A stretch of DNA of 64,000 nucleotides from a bacterium (GCA_046160485.1 JBJXGV010000063.1:19326-83325); one strand, 5' to 3'; positions 1 through 11,029 are shown, numbered from the stretch's first letter. Notes: generated by a model from the letters alone, not told the origin. Translations and numbers: made by a program.

Positions 1-2201
1 TCAATCTCGCCGCGCTCTGCTACGCGCGCGGCGACACCGCGCGCGCGCGGACTCTCTACGACGACGCGCTCGCGACGCGCGAGCGCAAGTTCGGTCCGAA
101 CCACCCGCAACTCGGCGAGGTGCTGGCGCCCTACGCGGCGTATCTCGCGCTCGCGCGCGCCGACGCGACGGCCCTCGACCTCGCGTTGCGCGCGGAGAGA
201 ATCGGCCGCGACCATCTCCGGCTTGCGGCGCAGACGCAACCCGAGATCGCCGCCCTCCGCTATGCCGCGGTGCGCGCGTCGGGCCTCGATCTTGCGCTCG
301 GGCTGGCGGCGTCGGGCCGCCTCGACCCGCGCGGCGCGGAGCGCGCTTGGGACGCGCTCGTCGCGTCGCGCGCGCTCGTCCTCGAGGAGATGGCGACGCG
401 GCGCGAGTTATTCGAGTCGGCGAGCGACCCGGTGTTGCGCGCGTTGTGGGACCGGTTCGGGAGCGCGAGCCGCGATCTGGCGCGCGTGCTCCTCGAGGAA
501 GGAGAGGGCGCGTCGGATACGCTGCGTGCGCGGATCGAAGCGGCGCGCTCGACGCGCGACGGCGCGGAGCGCGAACTCGCCGTGGCGAGCGCGGGGTTCC
601 GACGCGGCTCGCAGTCGCGCGACGTGACGCTCCGCGAGGTTCTCGCCGCCTTGCCGCCGGGGTCGGTTCTCGTGAGCTACGCGCGCTACCGCGATCTGCT
701 TGCGCACGCCGGCCCGGCGAGCCTGCTCGACATCGCGTGGGACCCGCGCGCGAGCGGCACGCCGCGCGACGTCGTTCTCGTCGCGCGCGGCGGCAAGATC
801 GAGGCCGTCGTCGATCTCGGGGACGCCGCGGCGATCGATCGCGCGGTCGCGCGCTGGCTCGACGAGTCGTCGCGCGGCGCGCTCGTTCGCGGGCGCGGCG
901 AGGGAGAGGCGCTCGCGGCGTACGCAGCGGCGGGCGATGCGCTGCGGCGCGCGATCTGGGATCCGATCGCGCCGCATGTCGCCGGGGCGAGCCGCGTGTT
1001 CATCGTTCCGGACGGGCCGCTCGCGCTCGTCAGCTTCGCGGCGCTGCCGCTCGCACCGGAAAGCGCGCCCGGTCGCGCCGAGAGCGGCCTGCGCTTTCTG
1101 ATCGACGGTGAGCCGGCGCTGCACATGCTCAACAGCGAGCGCGAAGTCGTCGAGTGGGACGCGCGCGCAGCCGCCGGCGACGGGCTTCTTGCGCTCGGCG
1201 GCGCCGCGTTCGACCGGCCGGGCGACGAGAGACTCGAGGCGGGCTCCGGGAGCGCGCGCGATGGCGCGTCGCCGCGTGCCTCGGGTGCGCCCGCCGGCGC
1301 GCGCGACCCGCTCGGCGAGAGCGGCGTCTTCCGCGGGCAGCGCGCGGGATGCGCGCCGTTTCGAGAGCTTCGATTCGCGGAGCTCCCCGCGTCGCGCGGT
1401 GAAGCGGAAGAGGTCGCGCGGCGCTGGGCCGCGACCGTCGCGCGCGCGTCGAGCGCTCCGCCGTCTTCGACGGGCGGCGCCGCGACGCTCTTGACGGGGG
1501 AGCGCGCGAGCGAAGCGTCGGTGAAGCGCCTGGCGCCGGGCCGCCGCGTCGTGCACCTCGCGAGCCACGGGTTCTTTCTGCGCGCCGATTGCGAGATCGG
1601 CGATGCAGGCCCGGCCGGCGAAGCGGGAACACGCGGCATCGGAGGGCTGAGCCCGTCGGGGCGGGCCGCCGCGAAGGTGGACGCCGCGGCGGCGGGCGTG
1701 CACGGCGCCGCCCGCGAAGCGGCGACGGCGCAGCAACCTCCTCGCCCCGCGCGCGCCGCCGCGGCGAACCCGCTTCGCCTCTCGGGGCTCGCCCTCGCCG
1801 GCGCCAACCTCCGCGCGACCGCGGCCCCGGCGCACGAAGATGGGATTCTCACCGCGGAGGAGGTTGCGGCGCTCGATCTGCGCGGGGTCGCGTGGGTCGT
1901 CCTCTCCGCGTGCGACACCGGCGTCGGCGATCTCGGAATCGGCGAGGGAGTCTTCGGATTGCGCCGCGCGTTTCAGATCGCGGGCGCGCGCACTGTGGTC
2001 TCGAGCCTCTGGGCTGTTCGCGACGACGTTGCGGCCGGGTGGATGAGTGCGCTCTACGAAAGTCGCTGGAGCGGCGGCGACGACACAGCGAGCGCTGTGC
2101 GCTCGGCGAGCCGCCGTCTGCTCGAGGCGCGGCGCGCCTCCGGCGCGAGCGTCCATCCCTTCTACTGGGGAGGCTTCATCGCGACGGGCGACTGGCGCTG
2201 A
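1..2201 (+). CDS. TPR repeat and CHAT (caspase-like) domain protein, 5'-truncated at window edge
   Basis: Reading frame is open from position 3 and the N-terminal part shows TPR-like periodicity (NLAALCYARGDTARARTLYDDALATRERKFGPNHPQLG). The C-terminal part carries CHAT hallmarks: VHLASHGFF (His site) and VVLSACDTGVGD (Cys site). ORF track 120..2201 is the in-window portion. Confidence 0.75.
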   Translation, partial: NLAALCYARGDTARARTLYDDALATRERKFGPNHPQLGEVLAPYAAYLALARADATALDLALRAERIGRDHLRLAAQTQPEIAALRYAAVRASGLDLALGLAASGRLDPRGAERAWDALVASRALVLEEMATRRELFESASDPVLRALWDRFGSASRDLARVLLEEGEGASDTLRARIEAARSTRDGAERELAVASAGFRRGSQSRDVTLREVLAALPPGSVLVSYARYRDLLAHAGPASLLDIAWDPRASGTPRDVVLVARGGKIEAVVDLGDAAAIDRAVARWLDESSRGALVRGRGEGEALAAYAAAGDALRRAIWDPIAPHVAGASRVFIVPDGPLALVSFAALPLAPESAPGRAESGLRFLIDGEPALHMLNSEREVVEWDARAAAGDGLLALGGAAFDRPGDERLEAGSGSARDGASPRASGAPAGARDPLGESGVFRGQRAGCAPFRELRFAELPASRGEAEEVARRWAATVARASSAPPSSTGGAATLLTGERASEASVKRLAPGRRVVHLASHGFFLRADCEIGDAGPAGEAGTRGIGGLSPSGRAAAKVDAAAAGVHGAAREAATAQQPPRPARAAAANPLRLSGLALAGANLRATAAPAHEDGILTAEEVAALDLRGVAWVVLSACDTGVGDLGIGEGVFGLRRAFQIAGARTVVSSLWAVRDDVAAGWMSALYESRWSGGDDTASAVRSASRRLLEARRASGASVHPFYWGGFIATGDWR

Positions 2202-2246
2202 CCCATCGTGTGTGTCGCGCGCGCGGCCGCCCGACGCGCGGCGGTC

Positions 2247-3611
2247 CTAGCCCGCGATGAGCCGGCGCGCCGCGGCGCCGTGCCGCGCGACGAGCGCGTC
2301 GAGATCGAAGTCGACGAACGCGCCGCCGCGAATCCGCACGCGGCCGTTCACGATGAGCGTGTGCACGCGTGTCGTCGTCGCGAGCAGGAGTGCGGCGAGC
2401 GGATCGTGGCAGCCGGAGTGCTCGATGCCTCCGAGCGAGAAGAGCGCGATGTCGGCGGCGAATCCCGGCGCGATGCGGCCGATGTCGTCGCGGCCGAGGC
2501 ACGCGGCGCCTTCGCGAGTCCCCATCCGAAAAACTTCGTCGACCGCGATCGCGTCCGCACCGTGCGCGACGCGCGTCAGCAAGAGCGCCTGCCGGCACTC
2601 GGCGATCATGTTGCCGGAGTCGTTCGACGCGCTGCCGTCGACGCCGAGGCCGACCGGCGCGCCCGCCGACCGTAGCGCTTGCACGCGCGCGATTCCCGAG
2701 CCGAGACGCATGTTCGACGACGGGCAATGCGCGACGCCGACGTGCGCGCGACCGAGGCGCGCGACCTCCGCGTCGTCGAAGAAAATCCCGTGCGCCAACC
2801 ACGTCCGCGGCGCGAGCCACCCCGCGTCTTCGAGGTAATCGACAGGCCGCATCTTGTAGCGCGCGAGCGAGTAGTCGATGTCATCGAGATTCTCGGCGAG
2901 GTGCGTGTGGAGTCGTACGTCGAGGGACGCCGCGAGCGCGGCAGTGTCGCGCATCAGCTCCGGCGTCACGGAGAACGGGCTGCACGGCGCGAGCCCGACG
3001 CGGCACATCGCGAATCGCGCCGGATCGTGATGCGTTCGCACCGCGCTTGCCGAACGCGCCATGATCTCGTCGTGCGTCTCGACGACGGCCTCGGGCGGAA
3101 GCCCGCCGTCTTTCTGCGAGAGCGACATCGAGCCGCGCGTCGCGTGAAGACGAATCCCGATCTCGCGCGCCGCCGCGATTTCCGCTTCGAGTCCGCCCTT
3201 CGCGCGCTCCGGATAGATGTAGTGGTGGTCGCTCGTCGTCGTGCAGCCGGAAAGCATGAGCTCGGCCATCCCCGCGAGACACCCGAGCCGCACCGACTCG
3301 TCGTCGAGGCGCGCCCACACCGGATAGAGCGCCGAGAGCCACGGGAAGAGCGAGCAATTCGCCGCGGGCAACCAAGCGCGAGTCAGCGTCTGGAAGAGAT
3401 GATGGTGCGTGTTGACGAGGCCCGGGATCGCGACGAGCCCGCGCGCGTCGATCGTCTGCGCGGCGTGCGCGTGCTCCGAAGGCGGCGCGCCCGCGCCGAC
3501 CGCGATGATCGCCGGGCCGTCGATCGCGATCCATCCGCCGCGGATTTCGCGGCGCGCGTCGTCGAAGAGACCGATCGCATCGATGTTCGTGATGAGAAGC
3601 GTCGCTGCCAC
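2247..3611 (-). CDS. amidohydrolase family protein (nucleobase deaminase / chlorohydrolase-like)
   Basis: 454 aa. N-terminal metal-binding HxH (LVNTHHHLFQT), a later HTHLAE segment and a C-terminal CPSSN region, as in the cytosine/guanine/8-oxoguanine deaminase branch of amidohydrolases. Confidence 0.8.
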   Translation of the reverse strand: MAATLLITNIDAIGLFDDARREIRGGWIAIDGPAIIAVGAGAPPSEHAHAAQTIDARGLVAIPGLVNTHHHLFQTLTRAWLPAANCSLFPWLSALYPVWARLDDESVRLGCLAGMAELMLSGCTTTSDHHYIYPERAKGGLEAEIAAAREIGIRLHATRGSMSLSQKDGGLPPEAVVETHDEIMARSASAVRTHHDPARFAMCRVGLAPCSPFSVTPELMRDTAALAASLDVRLHTHLAENLDDIDYSLARYKMRPVDYLEDAGWLAPRTWLAHGIFFDDAEVARLGRAHVGVAHCPSSNMRLGSGIARVQALRSAGAPVGLGVDGSASNDSGNMIAECRQALLLTRVAHGADAIAVDEVFRMGTREGAACLGRDDIGRIAPGFAADIALFSLGGIEHSGCHDPLAALLLATTTRVHTLIVNGRVRIRGGAFVDFDLDALVARHGAAARRLIAG

Positions 3612-3706
3612 GGCGCGCAGAATAACACGAGGCCGGATGCTATACTGCCGCGCTGCGCCGGCACCGTCGGCGGGCGATGCGACGTCGTGCAGCGTGAGGA
3701 GACGCG

Positions 3707-4759
3707 ATGAAGGCGATCGTGATTCGAGAGCATGGCGGGCCGGAGGCGCTCCGGCTCGAGGAGGTCGCGGACCCCGCGCTCGCGCGCGGCGAGGTGCTCG
3801 TGCGCGTTCGCGCGTGCGGCGTCAACAACCTCGATACGCAGATTCGCCGCGGCATTCCCGGAGTGCCGATCGCGATGCCGCACATCCTCGGCTGCGACAT
3901 CGCGGGCGAGGTCGCCGCGGTCGGCGAGCATGACGCGCCCTTAGCGCCATCCGCGCCGCCCGCCCTCGCTCTCGGCGATCGCGTGATCGTCGGGCCCGGC
4001 GCGGGCTGCGGCGCGTGTTCCGCATGCCTTGCGGGCGACGACAGCGCGTGCGCGCGCTACGTCATGCTCGGCTACCAGCGCCACGGCGGCTACGCCGAAC
4101 TCGTGCGCGTGCCCGCGCGCAGCGTCGTCCGCGTAAGCGATCGCTGGTCATTCGAAGAGTGGGCGTCGGCGCCGCTCGTGTTTCTGACGGCCTGGCACAT
4201 GCTTATCACGCGCGCGCGCGTCGCGCCCGCGGAGACGGTGCTCGTACACGCGGCGGGGAGCGGCGTCGGCATCGCGGCAATTCAGATCGCGCGCCGCGCC
4301 GGCGCGCGCGTCATCGCGACGGCGGGGAGCGACGAGAAGCTCGCGCGCGCGCGCGATCTCGGCGCCGACGCGGGCGTCAACTATTCCGCGCCCGGCTGGC
4401 ACAAGGAAGTGCGCCGCATCGCTGGGGGCGACGGCGTCAACGTAGTGGTCGAACACACGGGCGCCGCGACGTGGGCGGGCAGCCTCGCGTCGCTCGCGCG
4501 CGGCGGCCGCGTCGTGACGTGCGGCGCGACGACCGGCTACGACGTCGCGATCGACATTCGCCATCTCTTCGTGAAGCAACTCTCGCTGCTCGGCTCGTAC
4601 ATGGGAGCGCAGCGCGAACTCCTGAGCGCCGTCGCGCTGCTCGAACGCGGCGAGCTTCGCCCCGTCATCGACACGGTCTTCCCACTCGCGGACGCGCGAG
4701 CGGCGCACGAAAAAGTTGCCTCGCGCACCCTCTTCGGAAAACTCGTTCTCGTACCGTAG
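3707..4759 (+). CDS. zinc-type/MDR alcohol dehydrogenase family oxidoreductase (quinone oxidoreductase-like)
   Basis: 350 aa. MKAIVIREHGGPEALRLEEV N-terminus and GAGSGVG Rossmann motif. Confidence 0.8.
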   Translation: MKAIVIREHGGPEALRLEEVADPALARGEVLVRVRACGVNNLDTQIRRGIPGVPIAMPHILGCDIAGEVAAVGEHDAPLAPSAPPALALGDRVIVGPGAGCGACSACLAGDDSACARYVMLGYQRHGGYAELVRVPARSVVRVSDRWSFEEWASAPLVFLTAWHMLITRARVAPAETVLVHAAGSGVGIAAIQIARRAGARVIATAGSDEKLARARDLGADAGVNYSAPGWHKEVRRIAGGDGVNVVVEHTGAATWAGSLASLARGGRVVTCGATTGYDVAIDIRHLFVKQLSLLGSYMGAQRELLSAVALLERGELRPVIDTVFPLADARAAHEKVASRTLFGKLVLVP

Positions 4760-4782
4760 CGCGTCGACTCGCCCAAACCGTT

Positions 4783-4800
4783 CGCCGCGGGGGAGCGGCG
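4783..4800. terminator. weak hairpin between convergent genes (CGCCGC-N6-GCGGCG)
   Basis: 6-bp inverted repeat seen between the 3' ends of the oxidoreductase (+) and the lipoprotein (-). No U-tract. Confidence 0.2.
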
Positions 4801-5610
4801 CTAGTTCTCGAAGAGTGCTTCGGCGCGGCGCTGAAGCTCCGTCACTAGTGAGCGGAATCCTTCCGGCATCGCGAGGTCGTCGGCGATGACGCGCGTCGCG
4901 CGTTCGCCGCTCAAGTCGACGAGGTCGTAGAAGAAGAGGTCCGCGGCGTTCTCGGTGATGTAGCTGGGCTCGAGCTCGTTGAGCCGCGCGGCGTCGCGCG
5001 CGGCGCGAATTGCGCTCATCTCGTTCGCGCCGAGTTGGCCGGTCGCGTTGCGGCCGTCCATCGAGCGTTGCGCGAAGATCGCGCCGTCGCTCGCCACGGT
5101 CACGCGCGTGCGTATGCCCGCGATGCCGCCGGTGATTTCGAGATCGAGGAACGCGCCGTTCGCCACGACTTCGACCTCGCGGCGAATCGTCTCCTCCGCG
5201 CTTGACCCGCGTACTTCGATCGTGCGCACCCCGACGGCTCCAGCGGCATCGATTCGTGCCTCGCCCTCGAACGGCACGAGAACTTGCGGCACCGCCTCGC
5301 CTGCGCCGAGCGTGTAGACGATGAGCGGCTTCACGATGGTGACGGTCGTTCCATCGCGCTCCTCAACGCGCACATCCCACTTGAGAAACTTCCATCCGGG
5401 ATTCGGGAGGTTGCCTTGCACGCCGAGAATGATCGGATCGTTCGCGCGCACGACGCGCGGCGCATCGACGCCGCTCAGGTAGAGCCCGCGCACCTGGGGC
5501 TCCGGAGTCGCGGGGGATTTGTTCGATCCGCCCGACGGACCGATGATTCCGAAGCAGCCGACCAACAGACAGGACGCAGCCACGATCCCGGTGACGATGC
5601 GCGCTTTCAT
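4801..5610 (-). CDS. hypothetical lipoprotein
   Basis: 269 aa. Signal peptide with lipobox LLVGC. No recognisable catalytic motif. Confidence 0.55.
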   Translation of the reverse strand: MKARIVTGIVAASCLLVGCFGIIGPSGGSNKSPATPEPQVRGLYLSGVDAPRVVRANDPIILGVQGNLPNPGWKFLKWDVRVEERDGTTVTIVKPLIVYTLGAGEAVPQVLVPFEGEARIDAAGAVGVRTIEVRGSSAEETIRREVEVVANGAFLDLEITGGIAGIRTRVTVASDGAIFAQRSMDGRNATGQLGANEMSAIRAARDAARLNELEPSYITENAADLFFYDLVDLSGERATRVIADDLAMPEGFRSLVTELQRRAEALFEN

Positions 5611-5652
5611 CGCATACCTCCTTGGGGCGATCCTATTCGTGCCGATTCGTGG

Positions 5653-6591
5653 CTAGGCGTGTCCCTCGAGAAAGCGTTCCGCCTCGAGCGCCGCCATGCA
5701 GCCCGAACCCGCGGCCGTCACGGCCTGACGATAGTACGAGTCTTGAATGTCGCCTGCCGCGAAAACGCCGGGAATGTTCGTCGCGGTCCGCCCGGGCGTC
5801 GTGACGAGATAGCCCTTCTCGTCCATGTCGAGCTGTCCCTCGAAGAGTTGCGAATTCGGCTGATGCCCGATCGCCATGAAGACGCCGTCCGTCGCTATCT
5901 CGCTCGTCGCGCCGGTCTTGAGGTTCCTGAGCACGACGCCGCGCACTTTCTTCTCCGGCACGCCGAGAATCTCGATGATCTCCGAGTCCCAAACGAACGC
6001 GATCTTCGGATTGTTGAGCGCGCGGTCCTGCATGATTTTCGACGCGCGCAGCGTGTCGCGCCGGTGAACGAGCGTCACCTTCGTCGCGAACTTCGTAAGG
6101 TATGTCCCTTCTTCCATCGCCGAGTCGCCGCCGCCGACGACCATCACTTCCTTGCCCTTGAAGAAAAACGCGTCGCACGTCGCGCACGCGGAGACGCCGT
6201 GCCCCATCAGAAGTTTTTCCGATTCGATGTTGAGTAGCTTCGCCGACGCGCCGGTGGAGATGATCAGCGTTTCCGCGAGCATCTCGCGCTCTTCCGCGAC
6301 GACGCGAAACGGGCGCTTCGAAAGATCGACCGAGACGACGCGCTCGTAGACGCACTCCGCGCCGAAGCGCTGCGCCTGCGCGCGAAACTTCTCCATGAGT
6401 TCGGGGCCCATGATGCCTTCGGGGAAGCCGGGGTAGTTCTCGACGTCGGTCGTGATCGTGAGCTGTCCGCCGGGCTGCAGTCCTTCGAAGACGAACGGCG
6501 CGAGATTGGCGCGCCCCGTGTAGAGCGCCGCCGTGAGTCCCGCCGGTCCCGAGCCGATGATGACGACCTTATGCGTTTTCACATCCGCCAC
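5653..6591 (-). CDS. trxB: thioredoxin-disulfide reductase
   Basis: 312 aa. GSGPAG FAD site, redox-active CATC, GGGDSA NADPH site. Confidence 0.9.
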   Translation of the reverse strand: MADVKTHKVVIIGSGPAGLTAALYTGRANLAPFVFEGLQPGGQLTITTDVENYPGFPEGIMGPELMEKFRAQAQRFGAECVYERVVSVDLSKRPFRVVAEEREMLAETLIISTGASAKLLNIESEKLLMGHGVSACATCDAFFFKGKEVMVVGGGDSAMEEGTYLTKFATKVTLVHRRDTLRASKIMQDRALNNPKIAFVWDSEIIEILGVPEKKVRGVVLRNLKTGATSEIATDGVFMAIGHQPNSQLFEGQLDMDEKGYLVTTPGRTATNIPGVFAAGDIQDSYYRQAVTAAGSGCMAALEAERFLEGHA

Positions 6592-6625
6592 GTGTTTGAT
6601 CTCCTTCGTGTTTCGCGAACCGCGC

Positions 6626-8221
6626 TCATCCGTTTTTCTTCGCCCATGAATCGATCACGCGCAGAAGAAGCCGCACGCCGTAGCCCGAAGGCCCGCGTGG
6701 CGAATAGTGTCCTTCCTTGTCGCCCCACGCAACGTTGGCGATGTCGAGATGCGCCCACGGCGTTTTGCCGACGAACCGCTTGAGGAACGCCGCGCCGATG
6801 ATCGCGCCCGCGCCGACGTTGCCGTTGGCGATGTTCTTTACATCGGCGATGTCGCTGCGCACGTGTTCGTCGTACTCCTCCCAGAGCGGCAGGCGCCAGG
6901 CGCGCTCGTTCGTCTCGCGCCCGGCACCCTCGATTCGCGCGGCGAGCGCGTCGTCCTCCGTGAAGAGCCCAGCCGCGTGTACGCCGAGCGCGGTGCCGAC
7001 CGCGCCGGTCAGCGTCGCGAGGTCGATCATCGCCTCGGGCTTGAAGGTCTGCTCGACGTACGACAGCGCGTCTGCGAGCACAAGGCGTCCTTCGGCGTCG
7101 GTGTTGAGAACCTCGATCGTCTTCCCGGAGTGCGAGCCGATGACGTCGCCCGGGCGAACGGCGGAACCACTCGGCATGTTCTCGGTCGCCGGGATCACGC
7201 CGACGACGTCGACCGGCGCGCCCGATTCTGCGAGTGCGCGAAACACACCGAGCACCGCGGCGGCGCCGCACATGTCGTACTTCATCTCTTCCATTCGCTG
7301 CGCGGGCTTAATCGAGATGCCGCCAGAGTCGAACGTGAGGCCCTTGCCGATGATCGCGAGGCGCCGCGCGCGCGGGCGACCCGATGCGTACTCGAGCACG
7401 ACGAAGCGCGGCGGCAGGACGGAGCCGGCGGCGACGGCGAGGATCGCGTCCATCTTTTGCGTGGCCATCCACGCGGCGTCCTCGACGCGCACGCGAATCT
7501 TTCCGCGCGACGCCAGTTCGAGCGCCGCGTCCGCGAGTCCGGCGGGTGTCAGCCGGTTGGGCGGCAAGCAGGCGAGATCGCGCGCGAGGTAGACGCCCGC
7601 GGCGATCGCGCGCGCGCGCGCATGTCCCGCATCCGCCTTCGACTTCGAGGCGGCCCTCGGCAGCGCGAGCGAAATGCTCTCGATCGGTTTGCTCTGCTTC
7701 GACTTCGGCGCGGGCTCCGTCTTGAGCGAGAGGTAGCTGTAGGCGCCGAGGAGGGCGCCCTCGAGAACGGCCTGCGTGAGCGCGCCCGCGTCGAGATCGC
7801 CGCGCGCGATCTGCGCGAACGCGGGGACCGCGATCTCGAAGCGCGTGGCGCCGACCGCGCGCGCGCGGCGGACGGCGAGTCCCGCGGCGCGCCGCACGCG
7901 CTCCGCCGTTAACGCGTCGCGTTTTCCGAGCCCGACGACGAGAACGCGTCGCGCTCCGCCGCTCGTGTTCGCGAAAACGCTCGCGCTCTCGAGCAGCTCA
8001 CCGGAGAAACTCCCCGCCTCGAGAATCGACGCGATGCACCCGCCGAGCTGCACGTCGAGCGCCGCGGCCTCTCTGTCCAGCGCGGTCGTTTCCTCGAGCG
8101 CGACCACGAGCATCGCCGCAGTGGGATCGAGCGGCGCGCCAAATCGGACGTCCGAGAGGGGGAGCGGGGTCGACGGGCGGCCGCCGCCAAGAGTTGTCTT
8201 CGCGCGAGGGGTTCGGGGCAT
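6626..8221 (-). CDS. pepA: leucyl aminopeptidase (M17)
   Basis: 531 aa. [15 protein letters not shown]17 signature and C-terminal catalytic domain. Confidence 0.9.
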   Translation of the reverse strand: MPRTPRAKTTLGGGRPSTPLPLSDVRFGAPLDPTAAMLVVALEETTALDREAAALDVQLGGCIASILEAGSFSGELLESASVFANTSGGARRVLVVGLGKRDALTAERVRRAAGLAVRRARAVGATRFEIAVPAFAQIARGDLDAGALTQAVLEGALLGAYSYLSLKTEPAPKSKQSKPIESISLALPRAASKSKADAGHARARAIAAGVYLARDLACLPPNRLTPAGLADAALELASRGKIRVRVEDAAWMATQKMDAILAVAAGSVLPPRFVVLEYASGRPRARRLAIIGKGLTFDSGGISIKPAQRMEEMKYDMCGAAAVLGVFRALAESGAPVDVVGVIPATENMPSGSAVRPGDVIGSHSGKTIEVLNTDAEGRLVLADALSYVEQTFKPEAMIDLATLTGAVGTALGVHAAGLFTEDDALAARIEGAGRETNERAWRLPLWEEYDEHVRSDIADVKNIANGNVGAGAIIGAAFLKRFVGKTPWAHLDIANVAWGDKEGHYSPRGPSGYGVRLLLRVIDSWAKKNG

Positions 8222-8393
8222 CGCTCTCCTTGGGGAACGAAAGCATTCTCAGAGTTGTCGGGAGGATTCGATTCCGGGCGCCCGCAGTGTAAAGGCCGGG
8301 CGCATACCGCGTCAATCGAGCCGAGTGCGAGAGCGTCGTGCGAGCATGCGCGCGAGATCGCGTGCCCGCGCACCCGCGAGATCAAATTCTGCG

Positions 8394-8422
8394 TTGACGC
8401 TCAAAATGCGCGCGGATACTAT
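8394..8422 (+). promoter_or_regulatory. candidate sigma-70 promoter of the nuo operon (TTGACG-17-TACTAT) in the pepA/nuoA divergent region
   Basis: Seen at 8394-8399 (-35) and 8417-8422 (-10). Direct repeat CGCGAGATC twice just upstream, at about 8350 and 8375. Confidence 0.35.
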
Positions 8423-8489
8423 GTGTCGCTCTTCGTCCGCACGTCTCATCAGCTCGCAAGGCCGCGCTTCAAGAGGGCAGGAGGCCTCC

Positions 8490-8882
8490 TTGCTTTTCGA
8501 TTTCGCGAACGTTCTGGTCTTCGTCGGCGTCGGCATCGGCTTCATCTTCGTGAGTCTTCTGCTTGGCCGTTTTCTGCGTCCGAGCGTTCCCGAAGGCGAT
8601 AAGGGCCTCAGCTACGATTGCGGCGAACTTCCGGTCGGCGACGCGCGGCTCCAGTTCAACTTTCGGTTCTATCTGGTCGCCCTCATCTTCATCATTTTCG
8701 ACGTCGAGATCGCGTTCATGTTCCCGGTCGCGACGGTTTTTCGCTCGTGGATCGCGAACGGCCAAGGGCTCGTCGCGCTGATCGAAATCCTCCTCTTCGT
8801 ACTCATTCTCTTCGTCGGCCTCGTCTACGTCTGGGCGAAGGGCGACATCTCGTGGCAGAAGACGCTCCGCAGCGAGGAATAG
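8490..8882 (+). CDS. nuoA: NADH-quinone oxidoreductase subunit A
   Basis: TTG start preceded by AGGAGG at 8479-8484. Three TM helices. The ORF-track start at 7776 is an Arg-rich extension overlapping pepA antisense. Confidence 0.8.
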   Translation: MLFDFANVLVFVGVGIGFIFVSLLLGRFLRPSVPEGDKGLSYDCGELPVGDARLQFNFRFYLVALIFIIFDVEIAFMFPVATVFRSWIANGQGLVALIEILLFVLILFVGLVYVWAKGDISWQKTLRSEE

Positions 8883-8885
8883 TGC

Positions 8886-9362
8886 ATGTCTCTCTATAGA
8901 ACGATGCCCGACACGGTCATCACCACGAACGTCGATCGCCTCCTCAACTGGACTCGCCTCTCGTCGCTCTGGTATCTGCTCTTCGGGCTCGCGTGCTGCG
9001 CGATCGAGCTCATGCAAACCGGCGGGCCGCGCGCCGATCTCGACCGCTTCGGCTCCGTGCCGCGCGCGACACCGCGCCAGAGCGATCTCATCATCATCGC
9101 CGGCACGATTACGTTGAAGATGGCGTCGCGCATTCGCCGTCTCTACGAACAGATGCCTTACCCCAAGTACGTCGTCTCGATGGGCTCGTGCTCGAACTCG
9201 GGCGGCCTCTTCTCCTACGCGTACTCGGTTCTGCGCGGCATAGACAAGGTGATCCCGGTCGACACGTACGTTCCCGGTTGCCCGCCGCGTCCTGAGGCGC
9301 TCACCGAGTCGCTGCTCTTCCTCCAAGAGAAAATCAAAAAGGAAAAGTTCCTCGCTCGCTGA
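8886..9362 (+). CDS. nuoB: NADH-quinone oxidoreductase subunit B
   Basis: 158 aa. CCAIE and GSCSNSGG with CPP (N2 cluster ligands). Confidence 0.9.
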   Translation: MSLYRTMPDTVITTNVDRLLNWTRLSSLWYLLFGLACCAIELMQTGGPRADLDRFGSVPRATPRQSDLIIIAGTITLKMASRIRRLYEQMPYPKYVVSMGSCSNSGGLFSYAYSVLRGIDKVIPVDTYVPGCPPRPEALTESLLFLQEKIKKEKFLAR

Positions 9363-9419
9363 GGCGCACCCCCCTATGACACGCATTCGGCCAACCGAAC
9401 GGATGAGGCGCGCGCCGCG

Positions 9420-9902
9420 ATGAGCCCCGGCGAGATCCACGCGCTCGTGGCCGACGCGTTCCCGGACGCGATCGTTTCGTGGGACGAAGCGGGGCGCGAT
9501 CCGTCGCTCTCGATTCGCCCGGATGCGATACCGCGCGTGATGCGGTTCCTCAAGGACGATTCGCGAACCGCGTTCGACTCGCTCACATGTCTTTCCGGCG
9601 TTGATCTCCTCGACCGTCACCGGGTCGTCTATCACCTCTTCTCGTTCGCGCACCGCCATTCCTTCGTCGTGAAGGCGGACGTGTGGCGCCGCGATCCGCA
9701 TGTGCCGAGCGTGTCGCTCATCTGGCGTGGCGCGCGGTGGTTCGAGCGCGAGGCGTACGACCTTATCGGCATCCAGTTCGACGGCCACCCCGATCTGCGG
9801 CGCATCCTCATGCCCGACGATTGGGAGGGACATCCGCTTCGCAAGGACTTCGTCTTCCCGCTCGAATACGGCGGTATCGACAACCGCAGGAACTACGACT
9901 GA
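9420..9902 (+). CDS. nuoC: NADH-quinone oxidoreductase subunit C
   Basis: 160 aa. NuoC/30 kDa subunit fold (ERE.YDL.GI.F). Confidence 0.85.
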   Translation: MSPGEIHALVADAFPDAIVSWDEAGRDPSLSIRPDAIPRVMRFLKDDSRTAFDSLTCLSGVDLLDRHRVVYHLFSFAHRHSFVVKADVWRRDPHVPSVSLIWRGARWFEREAYDLIGIQFDGHPDLRRILMPDDWEGHPLRKDFVFPLEYGGIDNRRNYD

Positions 9903-9904
9903 CG

Positions 9905-11026
9905 ATGGCGACGCTCCGCACCGAAGAGATGACGATGAACATGGGGCCGCACCATCCGTCGACGCACGGTGTGTTGCGCTTCATCCTGAAGACCGACGGC
10001 GAAATCGTTCACGAGTGTTTGCCCGACGTCGGTTACTTGCATCGTTCGATCGAGAAGATCGGCGAGCTGATGACGTACACGGGATTCGTGCCGTACACCG
10101 ACCGTGTCGACTACGTCGCGTCGATGAATTCCAACCTGGCGTACTGCATGGCGGTCGAGAAGCTCGCGTCGATCGAGGTTCCGCGCCGAGCCGAGTTCCT
10201 GCGCGTGATGGTTTGCGAGCTCAACCGTATCTCGAGCCACTTGATCGCGGTCGGCGCGCTCGCGATGGACATCGGCGCTGTGACGCCGTTCCCGTACGCG
10301 CTGCGCGAGCGCGAGCGCATCAACGACCTGCTCGAGGCGATCTGCGGGGCGCGCCTCACCTACAACTACATCTGGATCGGCGGCGTGTCGTTCGATCTTC
10401 CGCCTGGCTGGCTCGAACGCGTCGGCGAGTTCGTGGCGTCGTTCGAGCGCATCATTCCCGAGTTCAACCGCCTCATCAGCGGCAACAAGATTTTCGTCAA
10501 TCGGATGGGGAACGTTGCGGTGATCTCGCGCGAGATGGCGATCGATTACAGCCTCGTGGGCCCGAACCTCCGCGCTTCGGGGGTCGATTGGGATTTGCGC
10601 CGCGCCGAGCCCTACTCGATTTACCCGGAGCTCGAGTTCGCGGTGCCGCTCGGACACGGCGAGTACGGCACGGTCGGGGATTGCTACGACCGGTTCATCG
10701 TCCGCGTGCGCGAGATGGAGGAGAGCTGCAAGATTCTTCGCCAGTGCATCGCGAGTTTCCCGCACGACCAACCCGATTTCCGCGCGAAGGTCAAATCAGT
10801 GAAGCCGCCCGCGGGCGATGTCTACGTTCGCTCGGAGGCGCCGCGCGGCGAACACGGCTACTACCTCGTGAGCGATGGCACGGCGAAAGCGGCGCGCGTC
10901 AAGATTCGCACGGGCAGCTTTAGCGCCATGGCCGTCACCGAGGAACTGGCGGTCGGGTGCATGATCGCCGACGTGATCGCGATCATCGCAAGCCTCGATG
11001 TCGTCGCTCCGGAGATCGATCGATAG
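9905..11026 (+). CDS. nuoD: NADH-quinone oxidoreductase subunit D
   Basis: ATG 3 nt after nuoC stop. 373 aa, MGPHHPSTHGVLR N-terminus, 49 kDa subunit. Confidence 0.9.
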   Translation: MATLRTEEMTMNMGPHHPSTHGVLRFILKTDGEIVHECLPDVGYLHRSIEKIGELMTYTGFVPYTDRVDYVASMNSNLAYCMAVEKLASIEVPRRAEFLRVMVCELNRISSHLIAVGALAMDIGAVTPFPYALRERERINDLLEAICGARLTYNYIWIGGVSFDLPPGWLERVGEFVASFERIIPEFNRLISGNKIFVNRMGNVAVISREMAIDYSLVGPNLRASGVDWDLRRAEPYSIYPELEFAVPLGHGEYGTVGDCYDRFIVRVREMEESCKILRQCIASFPHDQPDFRAKVKSVKPPAGDVYVRSEAPRGEHGYYLVSDGTAKAARVKIRTGSFSAMAVTEELAVGCMIADVIAIIASLDVVAPEIDR

Positions 11027-11029
11027 CCG

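Noticed and set aside
223-2260. Numerous Arg/Ala-rich ORFs overlapping annotated genes in other frames or on the antisense strand (e.g. 223..627, 347..1111, 408..2156, 13683..15143, 15985..17496, 21935..23815, 48181..50544)
   Set aside because: Their composition (poly-R/A/G) is the expected artefact of about 70% GC DNA with rare stop codons. They have no motifs, and they overlap genes with strong domain evidence.
7776-8489. Long N-terminal extensions proposed by the ORF track (nuoA from 7776, nuoD from 9683, MerR from 19218, apbC from 19517, sigma from 20650, htpX from 40092, nrnA from 46099)
   Set aside because: The extensions are Arg-rich and overlap the upstream gene. The internal ATG/GTG/TTG starts chosen have RBS-like sequences and/or start exactly at the upstream stop, and give canonical protein N-termini.
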